From Lama glama (Eukaryota), in NCBI GenBank assembly GCA_028534125.1, contig CM052816.1, positions 43,650,001 to 43,714,000 of the forward strand: a stretch of 64,000 nucleotides of DNA, written 5' to 3'. Position 1 is the stretch's first letter. Each line of letters opens with the position of its first letter. Under the pieces are notes generated by a model, which saw only the letters and a program-made list of their open reading frames with translations, was not told where the DNA came from and ran no database searches. Position numbers and translations under genes: made by a program. This document shows positions 38,535-49,895 of the stretch, piece by piece.

Positions 38535-39225
38535 TTCATTCATAACCATTAACATTTCACTGATTATCTAATATATGCAAGGCATTTTGCTAGTTTACCA
38601 GGTGAGAAAGTGAAGATGAATTAATCAGGGGTTTTTCCATTAATGTACATGTACTCTAACAGGCACAGGAGTTATGAGAATAAATAAGTGCAATATCTAT
38701 TTCATAAAAATGTACAGAAGTAAGTAGTTTAATATTGGGAGGACTTCTGTCTAGTATGATTGAGGAAAGCTATGTGGAATAAGTGATATTTTAGCTACAA
38801 CTTGAGAATTGTGCAGGATTCCAGTGGAAGGAAATAGGATGAATAAAGTTATGCAGGAGGAAAAATAAGAGTTCAAAGTAGTAAGTAGCGAGTCCATTCA
38901 TAACAGAAAGAGATAAAGATAAGCTTGGAAAAATGAGTTCAGTGAAGGCCAGATTATGAAGGTACTTGAAAGCTCTTTAGAGGATTTTGTAGTTTATCTT
39001 TGAGGTAACGGGAAGCCAGAGACACCTTTGGAGCATGAAGGAAAGATTGAAAGAAGGTTTAAGGAAGACTAACATGGTTGGGGAGTGGGAGGCTACTGCA
39101 ATAGTCCGAGTGAGAGGCAATAGAGTCCATTTTAGGGGAAGTAAAAGAAGGGATGGTTGGAAGAGATGGTGGAACATCTGAAAGGTCTTGGTGACTGATT
39201 GGATATGGGACAAGGGCAAGAAAGA
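38535..39225 (-). mobile_element. L2 3' region (antisense)
   Basis: 'ttcattcat...atatgcaaggcattttgctag', 'ggccagattatgaagg', 'ggaggctactgcaatagtcc', 'cttggtgactgattggatatggg'. Confidence 0.85.
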
Positions 39226-39231
39226 AATAAA

Positions 39232-39329
39232 AGTGGTAGAGTGTGTGCTTAGCATATACGTGGTCCTAGGTTCAACCCACAGTATTTCCATTAAAAAATA
39301 AAAACAAAAAAAAAAACTTAAAAAAAAAA
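39232..39329 (+). mobile_element. 5'-truncated camelid tRNA-Ala-derived SINE (vic-1 type) inserted in L2
   Basis: 'agtggtagagtgtgtgcttagcatatacgtggtcctaggttcaacccacagta' plus A-rich tail; homologous to the copy at 63730. Confidence 0.85.
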
Positions 39330-39797
39330 GGACAGTCAGGAAGAGGAGCAGATATAGTAACAAAAAGGGGTCAAAAGAATGTGATTCTCTTAAGGATGGC
39401 AGTCAACTCTTCACTGGCTAAAGCTTCTACACTGACTTTGAACCTTACATATATCCTATGAGGAGTGTTGTGCTTAGCACCACCCTACTATAGAGTGATT
39501 GTAATGATGGCACAATCATGTTTGTGAAGTTTAAATTGAAATAAATTGATTTTTTCACTCTGCGTGTGCCAGCTGCCTGCACCAAGTGAAGAAATGACCT
39601 CTTTCTTTCAAAAGCTATTTATTGCAGATGCAAGACCTACATATTTCATTTCCATATGTGCTCTGTTGGTCCATGGAACATTTCGGCTGTAGGACTTTTA
39701 GTAGAGATAAAAGCCAATAGTGTATGAAATAGATATTATCACCAACATAATATTAAAAAATATGAGGCAAATGGTATATTGAACATTACAGAAATAC

Positions 39798-39855
39798 TGT
39801 GTGTGTGTGTATATATATATAAATACAAATTTAAATATATATATATATATATATA
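39798..39855. repeat. (TG)n/(TA)n compound microsatellite
   Basis: Read directly. Confidence 0.9.
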
Positions 39856-40859
39856 AAAACATTTGAAACAGAGTTATTTCTTCTAGAGTTAATAATGTTT
39901 CTAAACCCTCAGCAGGCATGTAGTTAACCCTGCAAAAGAGTTTTAAGCTATGGAATTAAAACCATCTAGTAGGGCCAGTGAGCATCTAACAGGAGAGATG
40001 GTTTTATATGCTTTCCCTAAAGCCCTCAAGAGTTCAAGGGCTCACAGTCTCTCTTAAAGGTCTCTGTGTTTTATCACTCTCTGAATTAAGAAATTCCTCC
40101 TTAAGTCCTGTTGAAATATTCCCTGCTCCATTTCTCACTAGTTCTCTGAGGAGCAGCTACATTTCCCTCCCTGATTTTGGTGGGGCCTCAGGGGCTGTCG
40201 GTCTTCCTAAAACGTTCTGTGGTTGCGAAATGACTTGGGAAGCACATTTGCTTCCTCATTATACAATACTGTAGGGAGGAAGCACCAGTCTGATGGTAGT
40301 CTGGAATGAGTGTGAATCAGGCCTTGCATAATCTTAGTAGGAAGTTGCTATGTATTATGCCTGAGGAATCAGATGGGCAATCCTTCCAAATCCTCAAGTA
40401 TCCTTTGAAGCCTCTGATGCTTCCAGGTCCTTGGACCAAAACTGTGTCTGCAGCCTTGAAACTGTAATATGTGGGAAAGAATTAGTTCACTATGTAGTCC
40501 TCTGGGCCTCCAGCCAGAACCATTTCCTCATGGAAGAAACAGACCCCCAGCTCTAAACATAGTCTGCAAACAGCTGGGTGAGGCTGAGGCAAGGAGACAT
40601 GTATGACACAGAATCCCAGGAGATCCTCACTCTGAGGATCTGACCCTGCCCTTGCACAGCCTCCTTGCCTTCTGCACTCTTGATGCCTGCTTGCTTCATC
40701 CTAGTCACAGACCGTGATAGAAATCAAGTCTTTAGGAGAGCATCAAACTTCCCAGGATGTGAATTGCACTTCTGTTACACTTCTGCCCTGTGGGCCACCA
40801 AAATAATAGCTGGTTCTTGGGATGGGAAGAGAGGACTCTGTTCTCCAGGGGCAGATGTT

Positions 40860-40993
40860 GTGTGTTAATTAGAACAAAGAGAACTGGCTTTTTCCAACTA
40901 AAACAAAAAGGAAAATTTATGGGGAAAATATTGGGGTAGCTTCTAGGGTGGAAAAGAAATTCGAAGAACCAGATTTAAGAAGAACTGGGAACA
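40860..40993 (-). mobile_element. MaLR (old MLT1) LTR end fragment
   Basis: 'aactaaaacaaaaaggaaaatttatggggaaaatattggggtagct...gaagaaccag'. Confidence 0.55.
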
Positions 40994-41660
40994 GCTGGTG
41001 AGGATGTGGAGCCATTGGGACCCTCATGCACTCTTGGTGGGAATGCAGCCACTATGGAAAACTGTATGGAGCTTCCTCAAAAAATTAAACATTTTTGGAC
41101 TACCATGTGATCCACTAATCCCACTTATGAGATTATCCCCCTAAACTGAAGTTAGAATCTCCAAGGGAAATTGAACTCCCATATTCATGGCAGCACTATT
41201 TATAATAGCTGAGATAGGGAAGCAGCCTAAATGTCCAATGACAAATGACGGGATAAAGAAAATGTGGTATACACATGAAATGAAATATTAGTCAACTTTA
41301 AAAAAGATGAAAATTCTGCAAAATGCCATAATATGGGTGAACCTTGGGGACATAATGTTAAGTAAAATAAGCTGATCGTAGAAAGACAAGTACTGCATGA
41401 TTCTGCTTGTCTGAGATATCTCAAATAGTCAAACTCATAGAATCAAAGTCGAGTGGTAGCTGCCCTGTGGGAAAACGGGAAGGAGGGGCTAGTATTCAAC
41501 AGGCATAACATCTCAGTTAAACATGATGAATAAGTCCCAGAGCTCTTCTGTACAGCTTTGAACCTATAGTCAACAGTACTATACTGTATACTTTAATATT
41601 TGTTAAGAAGGTAGGTCTCACGTTAAGTGTTTTTACCACAATAACATTAAGTTTTTAAAA
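40994..41660 (+). mobile_element. L1 3' end (L1MA/L1MB-age)
   Basis: 'gctggtgaggatgtggag...gcagccactatggaaaactgtatggag...cctaaatgtccaatgac...aagaaggtaggtctcacgttaagtgttttaccacaataa'. Confidence 0.92.
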
Positions 41661-41719
41661 ATTTGCATTGTCTTCAAATTAAAAACAAAAGAAAATGGCT
41701 TTGTGATTGGAATGCTATC

Positions 41720-41830
41720 CAAGTTTCACCTACCTCACAGAAGAGGATTAAATGAGGCATCATAATCATTAGGACCATGCCAGTACAAATAAATGCTCAG
41801 TGAATGTTAGTTATCATGAAGTTATCATCA
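41720..41830 (+). mobile_element. MIR 3' fragment
   Basis: 'cacctacctcacag...aggattaaatgag...tgctcagtgaatgttagttatca'. Confidence 0.7.
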
Positions 41831-42764
41831 TAATTTTTAAATACCACTTGAGTCATTTTGAATAGTAACTGGAGCCAAGCCTCTTGACAATTTATTTACT
41901 CTTTTCACAAATATGAGCACTCTGCCATTTAACGCTAGGTGGTAGATATTGAAGAACTAAGGATGTCGATTCGGTCTTCATGGCACTTACCATCAAATGG
42001 GAATGGAATCTGGGGTGGGGGCAAGCATGTAAATGATGGCATAGCTAAACGTGGTGTTAGAGATATTCTCAGAGTGGTGGAGCCCAAGAGGGAGAAGAGG
42101 ATCGAGTGGTGGAGGGGCAAGGTATTCAGGGTTGATTCTAGGACTTGGACTTCATGGGAGTGTACCATAGTAACGACAGTTCATGAACGCAGCACCTCCA
42201 TAAAGCAGTGCAAAACTTTTGAACCAAGCTTATCAATCCTTCGTGTGAAAATGCTTCATGAATCACAATCACAGGGATCAAACCTTTATTCAAATTATTA
42301 CTTGCGTTCCCACATTGAGCAAGGCAATATTTTAACCAATTTTTATAAGATCAAATGCATGCCTAATGCCTTTTCACTTTTTCCTGCACTTTTGAATTTA
42401 TTCTTACTTAGTTCTCAAGAGAATTTTTAAAACAAGTGATATTTTTCTATTCAAACTGAGGCTCCCTCCCCATCTAGACTACAAGGAAGCCTACTGATCA
42501 TTGTGTCTGAATTTCCTTCATTTTTTAATAGATTAAAAAAAAATTTGAGGCCCAGAGAGGTGAAGGGACTTGTCCAGGGTCACATACATCTGACACATGA
42601 ATAAGACAACGGGCCAAGTGCATGAATAGTTGGTCAGGTTATGTATTCAGTTGTTGAGCACTCAGGATGGCTGAAGCCCAGGCTTAGGCTCCTTTCTTGC
42701 AAAACAAAAGTGGTTAAAGATAAAACTTCCTCTCCCAACCAAATGTGTGCATTTTGAATTGCTA

Positions 42765-42766
<2 letters not shown>

Positions 42767-42795
<29 letters not shown>
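42767..42795. repeat. Poly(T)29
   Basis: Read directly. Confidence 0.95.
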
Positions 42796-42798
<3 letters not shown>

Positions 42799-42809
42799 AT
42801 TACTATATT

Positions 42810-43042
42810 GGAGGAGCAGTCTGTTATAGCTGTGGAAAGCTCAGGCTCTGAAAGGGCCAGACCTGGACCTGCATTTTGCTTTTATCACTCACTTGTTACG
42901 TGTTCTTAGACAATTTGCCCAACCTCTGTAAGCCCTGGTCTCTGTCAAATGAAGAAAGTAATTGTATCATGTTTGTACATGTAGTGCACTTAACATAGTT
43001 CCTGCCACATAATCTGTATTAGATGTTGCTAATAATAATAGC
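42810..43042 (+). mobile_element. MIR SINE
   Basis: 'ggctctgaaagggccagacctgg...tgttcttagacaatttgcccaacctctgtaagccc...gcacttaacatagttcctgccacata'. Confidence 0.8.
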
Positions 43043-43081
43043 AGAAAAAGTAGGACTGGATAGAAGCAGAATATAGATTTT

Positions 43082-43512
43082 GTTCCATTATTAGGGTTCC
43101 TCAGAGAAATGAAACCAATAGAATTGATTGATTTTAAAGAATTGGTTCACACAATTGTGGAGGCTAGCAAGTCCAAAATCTGCAGGATGGTCTAGCAGAC
43201 CCAGGGAAGAGACCCAGGGAAGAGACCCAGGGAAGAGACCCAGGGAAGAGCCGATGCTGCTGGTCATGTCAAAGGGCCTTGTGCTGGCAGAATCCCACTT
43301 TGCTCAGGGAAGGCCAGTTGTTCTGTTAAGGCCTTCAGTTGATGGAATGAAGCCCATCCATGTTACCAAGGGTTTCTGCTTGACTCAAAGTCCACCAATT
43401 TCAATGTTAATCTCATCCAAACCATCCTCTGAGAAACGTCCAGAACATTAATGTTGATTGCATCTCTGGGCACTGTGGCCCAGCCAAGATGACAGGAAAA
43501 TTAACTATCACA
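43082..43512 (-). mobile_element. ERVL solo LTR, MLT2C/D-like
   Basis: 'agggttcctcagagaaatgaaaccaatag...aagaattggttcacacaattgtggaggctagcaagtccaaaatctgcagg...ggcactgtggcccagccaagatgaca...aaaattaactatcaca'. Confidence 0.9.
43197..43250. repeat. Perfect minisatellite (AGACCCAGGGAAG)x4 inside the MLT2 LTR
   Basis: Four identical 13-mers at 43197, 43210, 43223 and 43236. Confidence 0.95.
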
Positions 43513-45121
43513 GTTTCAAAGCACCTTAACCATGTGTTAAAGATGGTTTCCATGTCCGGTCTAGCATTAGTGAAACTATCACTCAGTCAGAGAGCTCAAG
43601 CCAGCTATTATTTTGACAGGTTTGGATGCAAACCACTTTTTCTCCTTGATAATAATGAAGCTGCCATATTCCATGGTGGGCTCTGGTGGTCAGTTCTTCA
43701 TCTCAAACTTGTGATTAACATTTGCCGGCTCTCACATGCTACCTTCTTCCAAAGTAATATCTGCTATATAGTTCCCAAACTAATTAGAGAGGCACCTATT
43801 CAACCCTTGATCCTCAGATCCAAGTTACTCATGTTTCTCCAGAGAAGTGACATATCTCTCAATAGCCAGAGCTGGCCGTTAGTGGTTGTTAATGTTATTC
43901 GGAGCCTGGTCCAGACACCTACACTTGTTTGGGAACGAGCCCTGTGGGAGGCCCTTGGTGGGTGTGGAGCTATTTCACTGGGGGCTTTGGCGGTTAGGAC
44001 TGAGGAAAGTGTGTATTTTTAGATGACCGCTCTCCTGGCAGCGGCAGTGGAGAAAGCCGAGGTGCATCACCTGTCTCCTAGTTGTCAGGTGGTAGTGCAG
44101 GGGATACTCCAGCCAGAACTGCCTGGCTGTTGCAAGTGGCATTATTTGCCTTGTGCTTTGGTACACATTATTAAAGCTTCTGTTTAATGTTCTTTTCCAA
44201 GGAGATTGTCTCTGGTGTTTTTATCATCCAGGGAAATGTGGTACCAGAAACGATCCCATTCCTGGCAATTTTCTTTGAAAATGGTAAACTTTTGCAGAGT
44301 TTACTCTCCCTTCTATTAGGGTTGATAATGAGAAATTGTGAGGATTATTAAACACTCCTGGCTTTCAGTAGGAACTTATTTAGCACAGATGTTTCTATAA
44401 TTGCAGTACACTGGGAAAATTCACAGTGTTCAATGGCCCAAAACTCATTATTACTTATTACTTCTACCTGTGTATTGTGGCGCTAGTAAGCTGGGCTGAA
44501 ATGTTTAATTTAGCAGGGCTGTAGCTGTGTATCTCAGCTGCTTTAGAAAGACGACTGGGAAGAAATTATTGGATGTCCAGCCCAAACCCTTACTACGTAT
44601 TACTCTTTCAACCATTATCTTGTACCCGTTACGTTCTTTTTTGTGGGTTCAGGCCACTTCTTTGTGTGAGAGGCCTTCAGACAATTCCCTAGTTTATGAC
44701 CATGAGGAAGAAGTGGAATCTTAAGAGACTTTTAAAACAAACGATGTAGCTAACCATTGTGTTTCACTGGGGTGAAAAACATGGAATGTGTACAACTCTG
44801 TTTAGCTTTCTCCTCCTCTCTGTAGAGCACAACTCTTGTCTCAGCAGCATCACTTGTACTTTGAATGAAAGCTTGGCAATGTTTAAGAGCAGGGTTTCAG
44901 AAGATGCATTACAAATGCTTATAAAAGGCCGCTGAAGAGAACAGAAAAACTCTTCATATTCCCTTATTCTCCACATTCTTAAGACCAACACTATAAAGAG
45001 TTCCCCATTGCACCCTTTAATTCCCTAAACTGAAGAGAAACTGTGTTACCTCGGCTACAAGTTTGCTGGGGGAAAGTTTGATAAATACACCTGTCTGAGT
45101 TTAGCTCAGGTGTTCTTTCCT

Positions 45122-45242
45122 TGGGTGACCAGCTGTCCTTAGCTTGCTGAGAATATTGCTGGTTTTATCACCAAGCACTCGAAATCCTACATCCCAGGAA
45201 CTTTTCTTAGTCTGGGGCGGATTGGGACTGTCAGTCACTCTG
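45122..45242. mobile_element. hAT-Blackjack MITE (MER81-like)
   Basis: Degenerate terminal inverted repeats 'gggtgaccagctgtcc' / 'gggactgtcagtcactct'; about 120 bp. Confidence 0.7.
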
Positions 45243-48200
45243 TCTCTTTGACTACCTAGGGTCCCTAAGGGCTGGTAATATTGCAGCCACTATCCCAAAG
45301 TTGAAGGTTTCTTGAGTATGTCAAAGACTGCTTTTCTCCCCTCTGTATCCAGAAAAGCCCAGGATATACACTATTTATGTAAAAGAGATAAGAGGCATGA
45401 ATTCAGTGACAATTTTCACTCATAAGAGCCAATCATATAAGCTGTCAGATACTAAAGAATATATCCTATTAAATTTGGAATTAGATCTCAAATATATAAC
45501 ATTTGTAGCTTTAAAGCAAGGCCAGAAAACTTTTGCTTTTCATATTCATTTGTTGTACTCAAATGAAGTAGGTGATACTAATTTGACAGTGGTAAAACCA
45601 AGATTACAAAATGATCTAGCCAGTTTCGATAACAGATTTATATATCTACCTTTATCTGAATGATCTTATACTTGGATTTGAGGATAAGTTTATTTGTCAT
45701 CTTTTATTCTTTGTCTCAATTATTTTGATTGGCTGCTTAGACATACACACACACAAATTTAGAGGGTAATAATGATGGCTCCATTTCTGTTTTTTCTTTC
45801 CTGTCTTGCATATAGAATGCAAATAAAATTTGAAAACACCATAACGTTTTACTAAGATTTACTACGTATTTAAAACTATTTAGATCAGTGAGCTAAATAT
45901 AACAAAGGCTAATATAAATTTTATTTTCCTTAGGAAGTATGTGGAAACATTTCAGAGGGGTGGCACCTTTTGCCTTGTTTTGAGTTCTTCTGGAGAATGG
46001 CAGTAAGCATGTACAGTTTGTTGATGTTGTGACTCCACACTTTGAAAGTTGTGTGTGGGGATGAGGTACATAAACAAGACTGGACCTCCCTTCTTTAATA
46101 GCAGGGAGAGGAGTGTTGTGTCATTTGCCATAGGTGACTAAGTTACAAAGGAATATTTCTAACCCTAGGAATGAGTTTAAGATATGCATTTACCTGTATG
46201 TCAAAGGACCAATATAACTATGCTTTGACTTTTAGAAACCTAAAGAGACTTGGAGTAGCTCAAAATAGTCCATAGGACTTGAATATTTCTTATATGAGTA
46301 ACTAAAGAAAGTACTGGACAAACTTCTGCATGTTTATTTATTTTTCGTTGTGGCAAGGCATCTCAGGGTTAAGGTATTCATAAAAATCTCCTCATTAATA
46401 TTAAAACTTTTTAGGTCTCAGAGCTTTCTAGTGAGATCTGAAATATTTAATCCACTTGATCATGAAACAAACTATTAGGAATCAAGAAATAGCCTCTGTA
46501 TTATTTGTAGTTTCCAGCTTTAGATGGTTACTTAAGAGCATAGAGGTCTGGAAAGTTTAAAAACTGATTTTTTTTTTTTACCAAAGTTGTTTGAATATCA
46601 ACCATCAATCTGACTGTATGCTGAGGGATCAGATTTTTAAAACAGGAGGGCAGAAGAAAACCTGACCTCCTACTGAAAATTTTTCTGAATTTTCATTGAT
46701 TTGGACTTGATTTTTTGAAGCTATAAATCACATTCTTCTTTGAGATGGAAAATAAGTGACAGAGAGAAATCCAAAGCTAGTGACACTTGCACACAATATG
46801 CCAGCTTCAGATGGAGTTATCAGCATTTCATCCGCACTGCATTGTGCTGAAATTCTTCTCGCCCATACCTTTCCTGGAATCCTCCTGTTGAAGAGCGCAA
46901 TAATAACTATCTGCCAATTAAGGTGTTCTACCTGGGGCCAGCCAGAGCTTAGTCTGGGGACAAGGTCACTTGCCGGGATGGAGTTGTAGCTCCCCAATTA
47001 CTAGTAGTTCCACTACCTCTTCTAACTTGTCAAATAATGAGGAGACTTTGAAGGCTAAATCCAGCAGTAGCTCCTGGCGGGGTTAATGCTGAGTGAATGA
47101 CAATGATACCTCAGGAGTGAGAATCTGACAATGTCTGTCAAGCTCTGTTCACAAGGATGATGAAGTTCATTGCTCCTCAACACTACTTGGGAAAGGTACT
47201 GGTCTTGATCTTTTCAGTGAGAAAGGACCACATTACTCACTTTGGCAGAAGTTCATTAACTCCTCTATGCCACCCATAGACGCTGGGCATGAACTTAAAG
47301 CCCTAATGATAGAAGGTGAATGTCTCACAACAGGGCAGTTCACCCACAAAACCAGGTCATCTCAGTGTGTTTCTCATGTCATGATTCTCTAGTCAATGTT
47401 TTTTTTTTTTTTTTAAGTTTCTAAATTCTGAGTTTAGTGATGAATAACAGTGGTTATACAACAGTTATTTTTAGTACTCATTAGCAACACAACTGAGAGA
47501 ATAAGAATAACAAAATTACGCTCCCACTGAAAAACAGAAAGATTTTATACCAGTGATAACAATGTTCACTGCTGACTCCATTGGTGAATCATTTAGCTGA
47601 AGACTGAAAACAACAACTCAACAAAAATCCCTATAAAATTATTCTAATGATCAGCCATTCAACATTTGTAGGAAATTGACTAGATGGCCTGAAAATGAAT
47701 GTCTCCCAAGTCTGAACTGTATTTTTAAAACGAGTCCTCAAAGCTGAATAATAATGTAAAAAAGGATTTTTAGTGATTAATTCTTTTGCATGTGTTTTCC
47801 CTTCACTCCTGTTTATTTATTGAAATAGTGAAGGATACTGCTGTCCTTTGATGATACTTGGATTCACTGTGTAAAAGATTGAGAGAGCAAATGGCCTTTT
47901 TGGCTCCTAGGGACGTTCTGACTCACTTCTCAAATTCTGCTGAAGTTTGCTTTGGATAAACGGACAAAGCCTCACTTAGTGATGACAAATATATACACAA
48001 GTATTTAGGGAGATGCAAATATTATTTTTGACTCACCTCATAACTAGTCCACTGGTTCAGATCTGAATATCAAATGTTTCATCCTGCTGAGAAAATGGCT
48101 CTGCATCTCCAAGATTATTTTACAAAATTAAAAAAGAAAAGTATTTGAGTAAAAAAGAACAAACCTATTTTATCTGATGGAACAGATTCCCTTTCCCAGA

Positions 48201-49440
48201 TTTCAGTTATTGGGCTTCAAAATATGAATTTTCTGTTTGCTTTTGATACATGTGGCAAACTCACTAAGAGCAAGGAGGGCATTTTTTTCCTGTTTTTACA
48301 CTTACATCATAGCAAGACGGCCTGTGGTAACTTTTCAAGTTTCCCATTAGATGATGTAAATTAGATGATTCAAAATAGAGACAAAAAGTTAACTTTGTGT
48401 TTTGATGAATGAGTAAAATTTCAGTTGGGTAACACAGACGCTTTAGAGTGGCTCTTTTAATATTACTGAAGATTTAGCTCTGTGGGAAATGTTACAGCAC
48501 ACATACCATCCTGCTTCCTACCTAGTATTTTACTGATGGTTAGTGGCCAAAACTCTGCCAGAGAGGCCAAAGGGGAGACGGCAGTATCTGCTTCCATAAG
48601 AGTGCATCTGAGGCACTTTTCTGTGTAGAGTTTTCTCTTGTTTTTCCAGAACAAAATTATCCTTTACTTACAAATCTCATTTTGCTCTGTGCTATTCATA
48701 ATGACTAAAAAGTAGTGGTCATCGTGTAGGCAAAATACCTTCTCTTGAGTGTTTTCAAGCTGGTTCCTAAGGAGGAGGTGCTCTTTGCCATCATGTGATG
48801 TATTTTTTCTCACTGAATTGCTGGGACTTGGCCAACGACCTAGTTTAATTCTCCGGCACCTCTACAAAGTGGTCCTTTCCTTCCAGGGTCAAGGTGACAA
48901 CGTGGTCCAGTCAAGTTCCATATTGCTGTCAGTCTCCTCTTTACCGGGGCTCGGCCTTCCCACCCACTCCTCTCTTGATGCCTCACCCAACCCTCTCCCT
49001 GCCGTTCTGCTTCTTCTACAGGTTTCCTGCTCTTCCTCTCAGGCTCCAAATGACAGGGAGTTAATCTGACAAATTAATCTATGCTAATCTGCTCTTGGGG
49101 GCCCCTTCCAGGTAACATAGTCATAGGCATTTTAAGTAACCAAATTGTTACCTGTTGTAGCATCCCAACCACTGGCCATTGCATAAGCCGTTGGTGATGC
49201 CCTAGGACTGTGGTAGGGGGTGCATGCTTGGGCCAGTGAGCCTTTTGAGGCCTGTCCCATTACACTGCCTGCCATGGCCTCTCCAGAGACTCCTAGACAC
49301 ACATTTCATGGCAACCCCTGTATAGACTCTCAGTCTTTAGGACTCTGTGGATATCTTAGGTCTGTAGAATCAGCTCTCTCCAGGTTGGGTGGGGGAGTAA
49401 GGGACTGATGACTGGTTGGTCCCCCTTTGTTTGCCATAGC

Positions 49441-49520
49441 AAAAAACCAAAAAAAAAAAAAAAAAAAAACCCCAAAACCCAAAAAACCAAAACAACAACA
49501 ACAAAAAAAACCCCAACCCC
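49441..49520. repeat. A/C-only low-complexity tract
   Basis: Read directly. Confidence 0.9.
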
Positions 49521-49639
49521 TCAGCATTCTCCAGACCTGCTGGAGCCAAAGTATAGAAATAAGTCTCAAATAATCCTGAGAATACAAAAGCCGTTTCTAA
49601 CATTTTCTGTTCAAGAAGTCATATGAGTTGGACTAATTT

Positions 49640-49895
49640 TCTGAGTATGTGTACTATGATGGGCTAGGGGTTTAATGATAATAAGTGCTCGTATCATTAC
49701 AAATGTCATCTCTTAATTCTTAAAATAGCTTATAGAATTAGTAGTAGTGTTATTTACATTTACAGGTGGGGAATGGAGGCTCAGCAATGTTAGATAAATT
49801 GCTGAACAGTTGCACAGTAATTAAAGTGGAACGAGGCTCTGCACCTGCAGGTCTTCCGTGCTGGCGTCTAAGCCCTTCTCACCAGACACAGCTGC
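49640..49895 (-). mobile_element. MIR SINE (antisense)
   Basis: 'catttacaggtggggaatggaggctcagcaatgttagataaattgc...tgcacag...aagtggaacgaggc'. Confidence 0.8.

Noticed and set aside
41939..42430. 163-aa ORF
   Set aside because: It begins at a non-ATG codon within a decayed antisense L2 tail and shows no recognisable homology.
42760..42800. Poly(T)29 flanked by GCTAT as a tail-only retroinsertion
   Set aside because: A 5-bp duplication is too short to distinguish from simple slippage.
43197..43250. Direct repeats resembling a CRISPR array
   Set aside because: No spacers, 13-bp units, and a mammalian LTR context.
43489..44022. Longest ORF in the track (177 aa)
   Set aside because: It starts inside the end of the MLT2 LTR, has no recognisable domain, and has the Leu/Ser-rich composition of a chance frame.
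44023..44061. 39-nt in-frame exon candidate (DRSPGSGSGESR)
   Set aside because: Short pyrimidine tract, weak donor (GTGCAT), and an unrecognised peptide.
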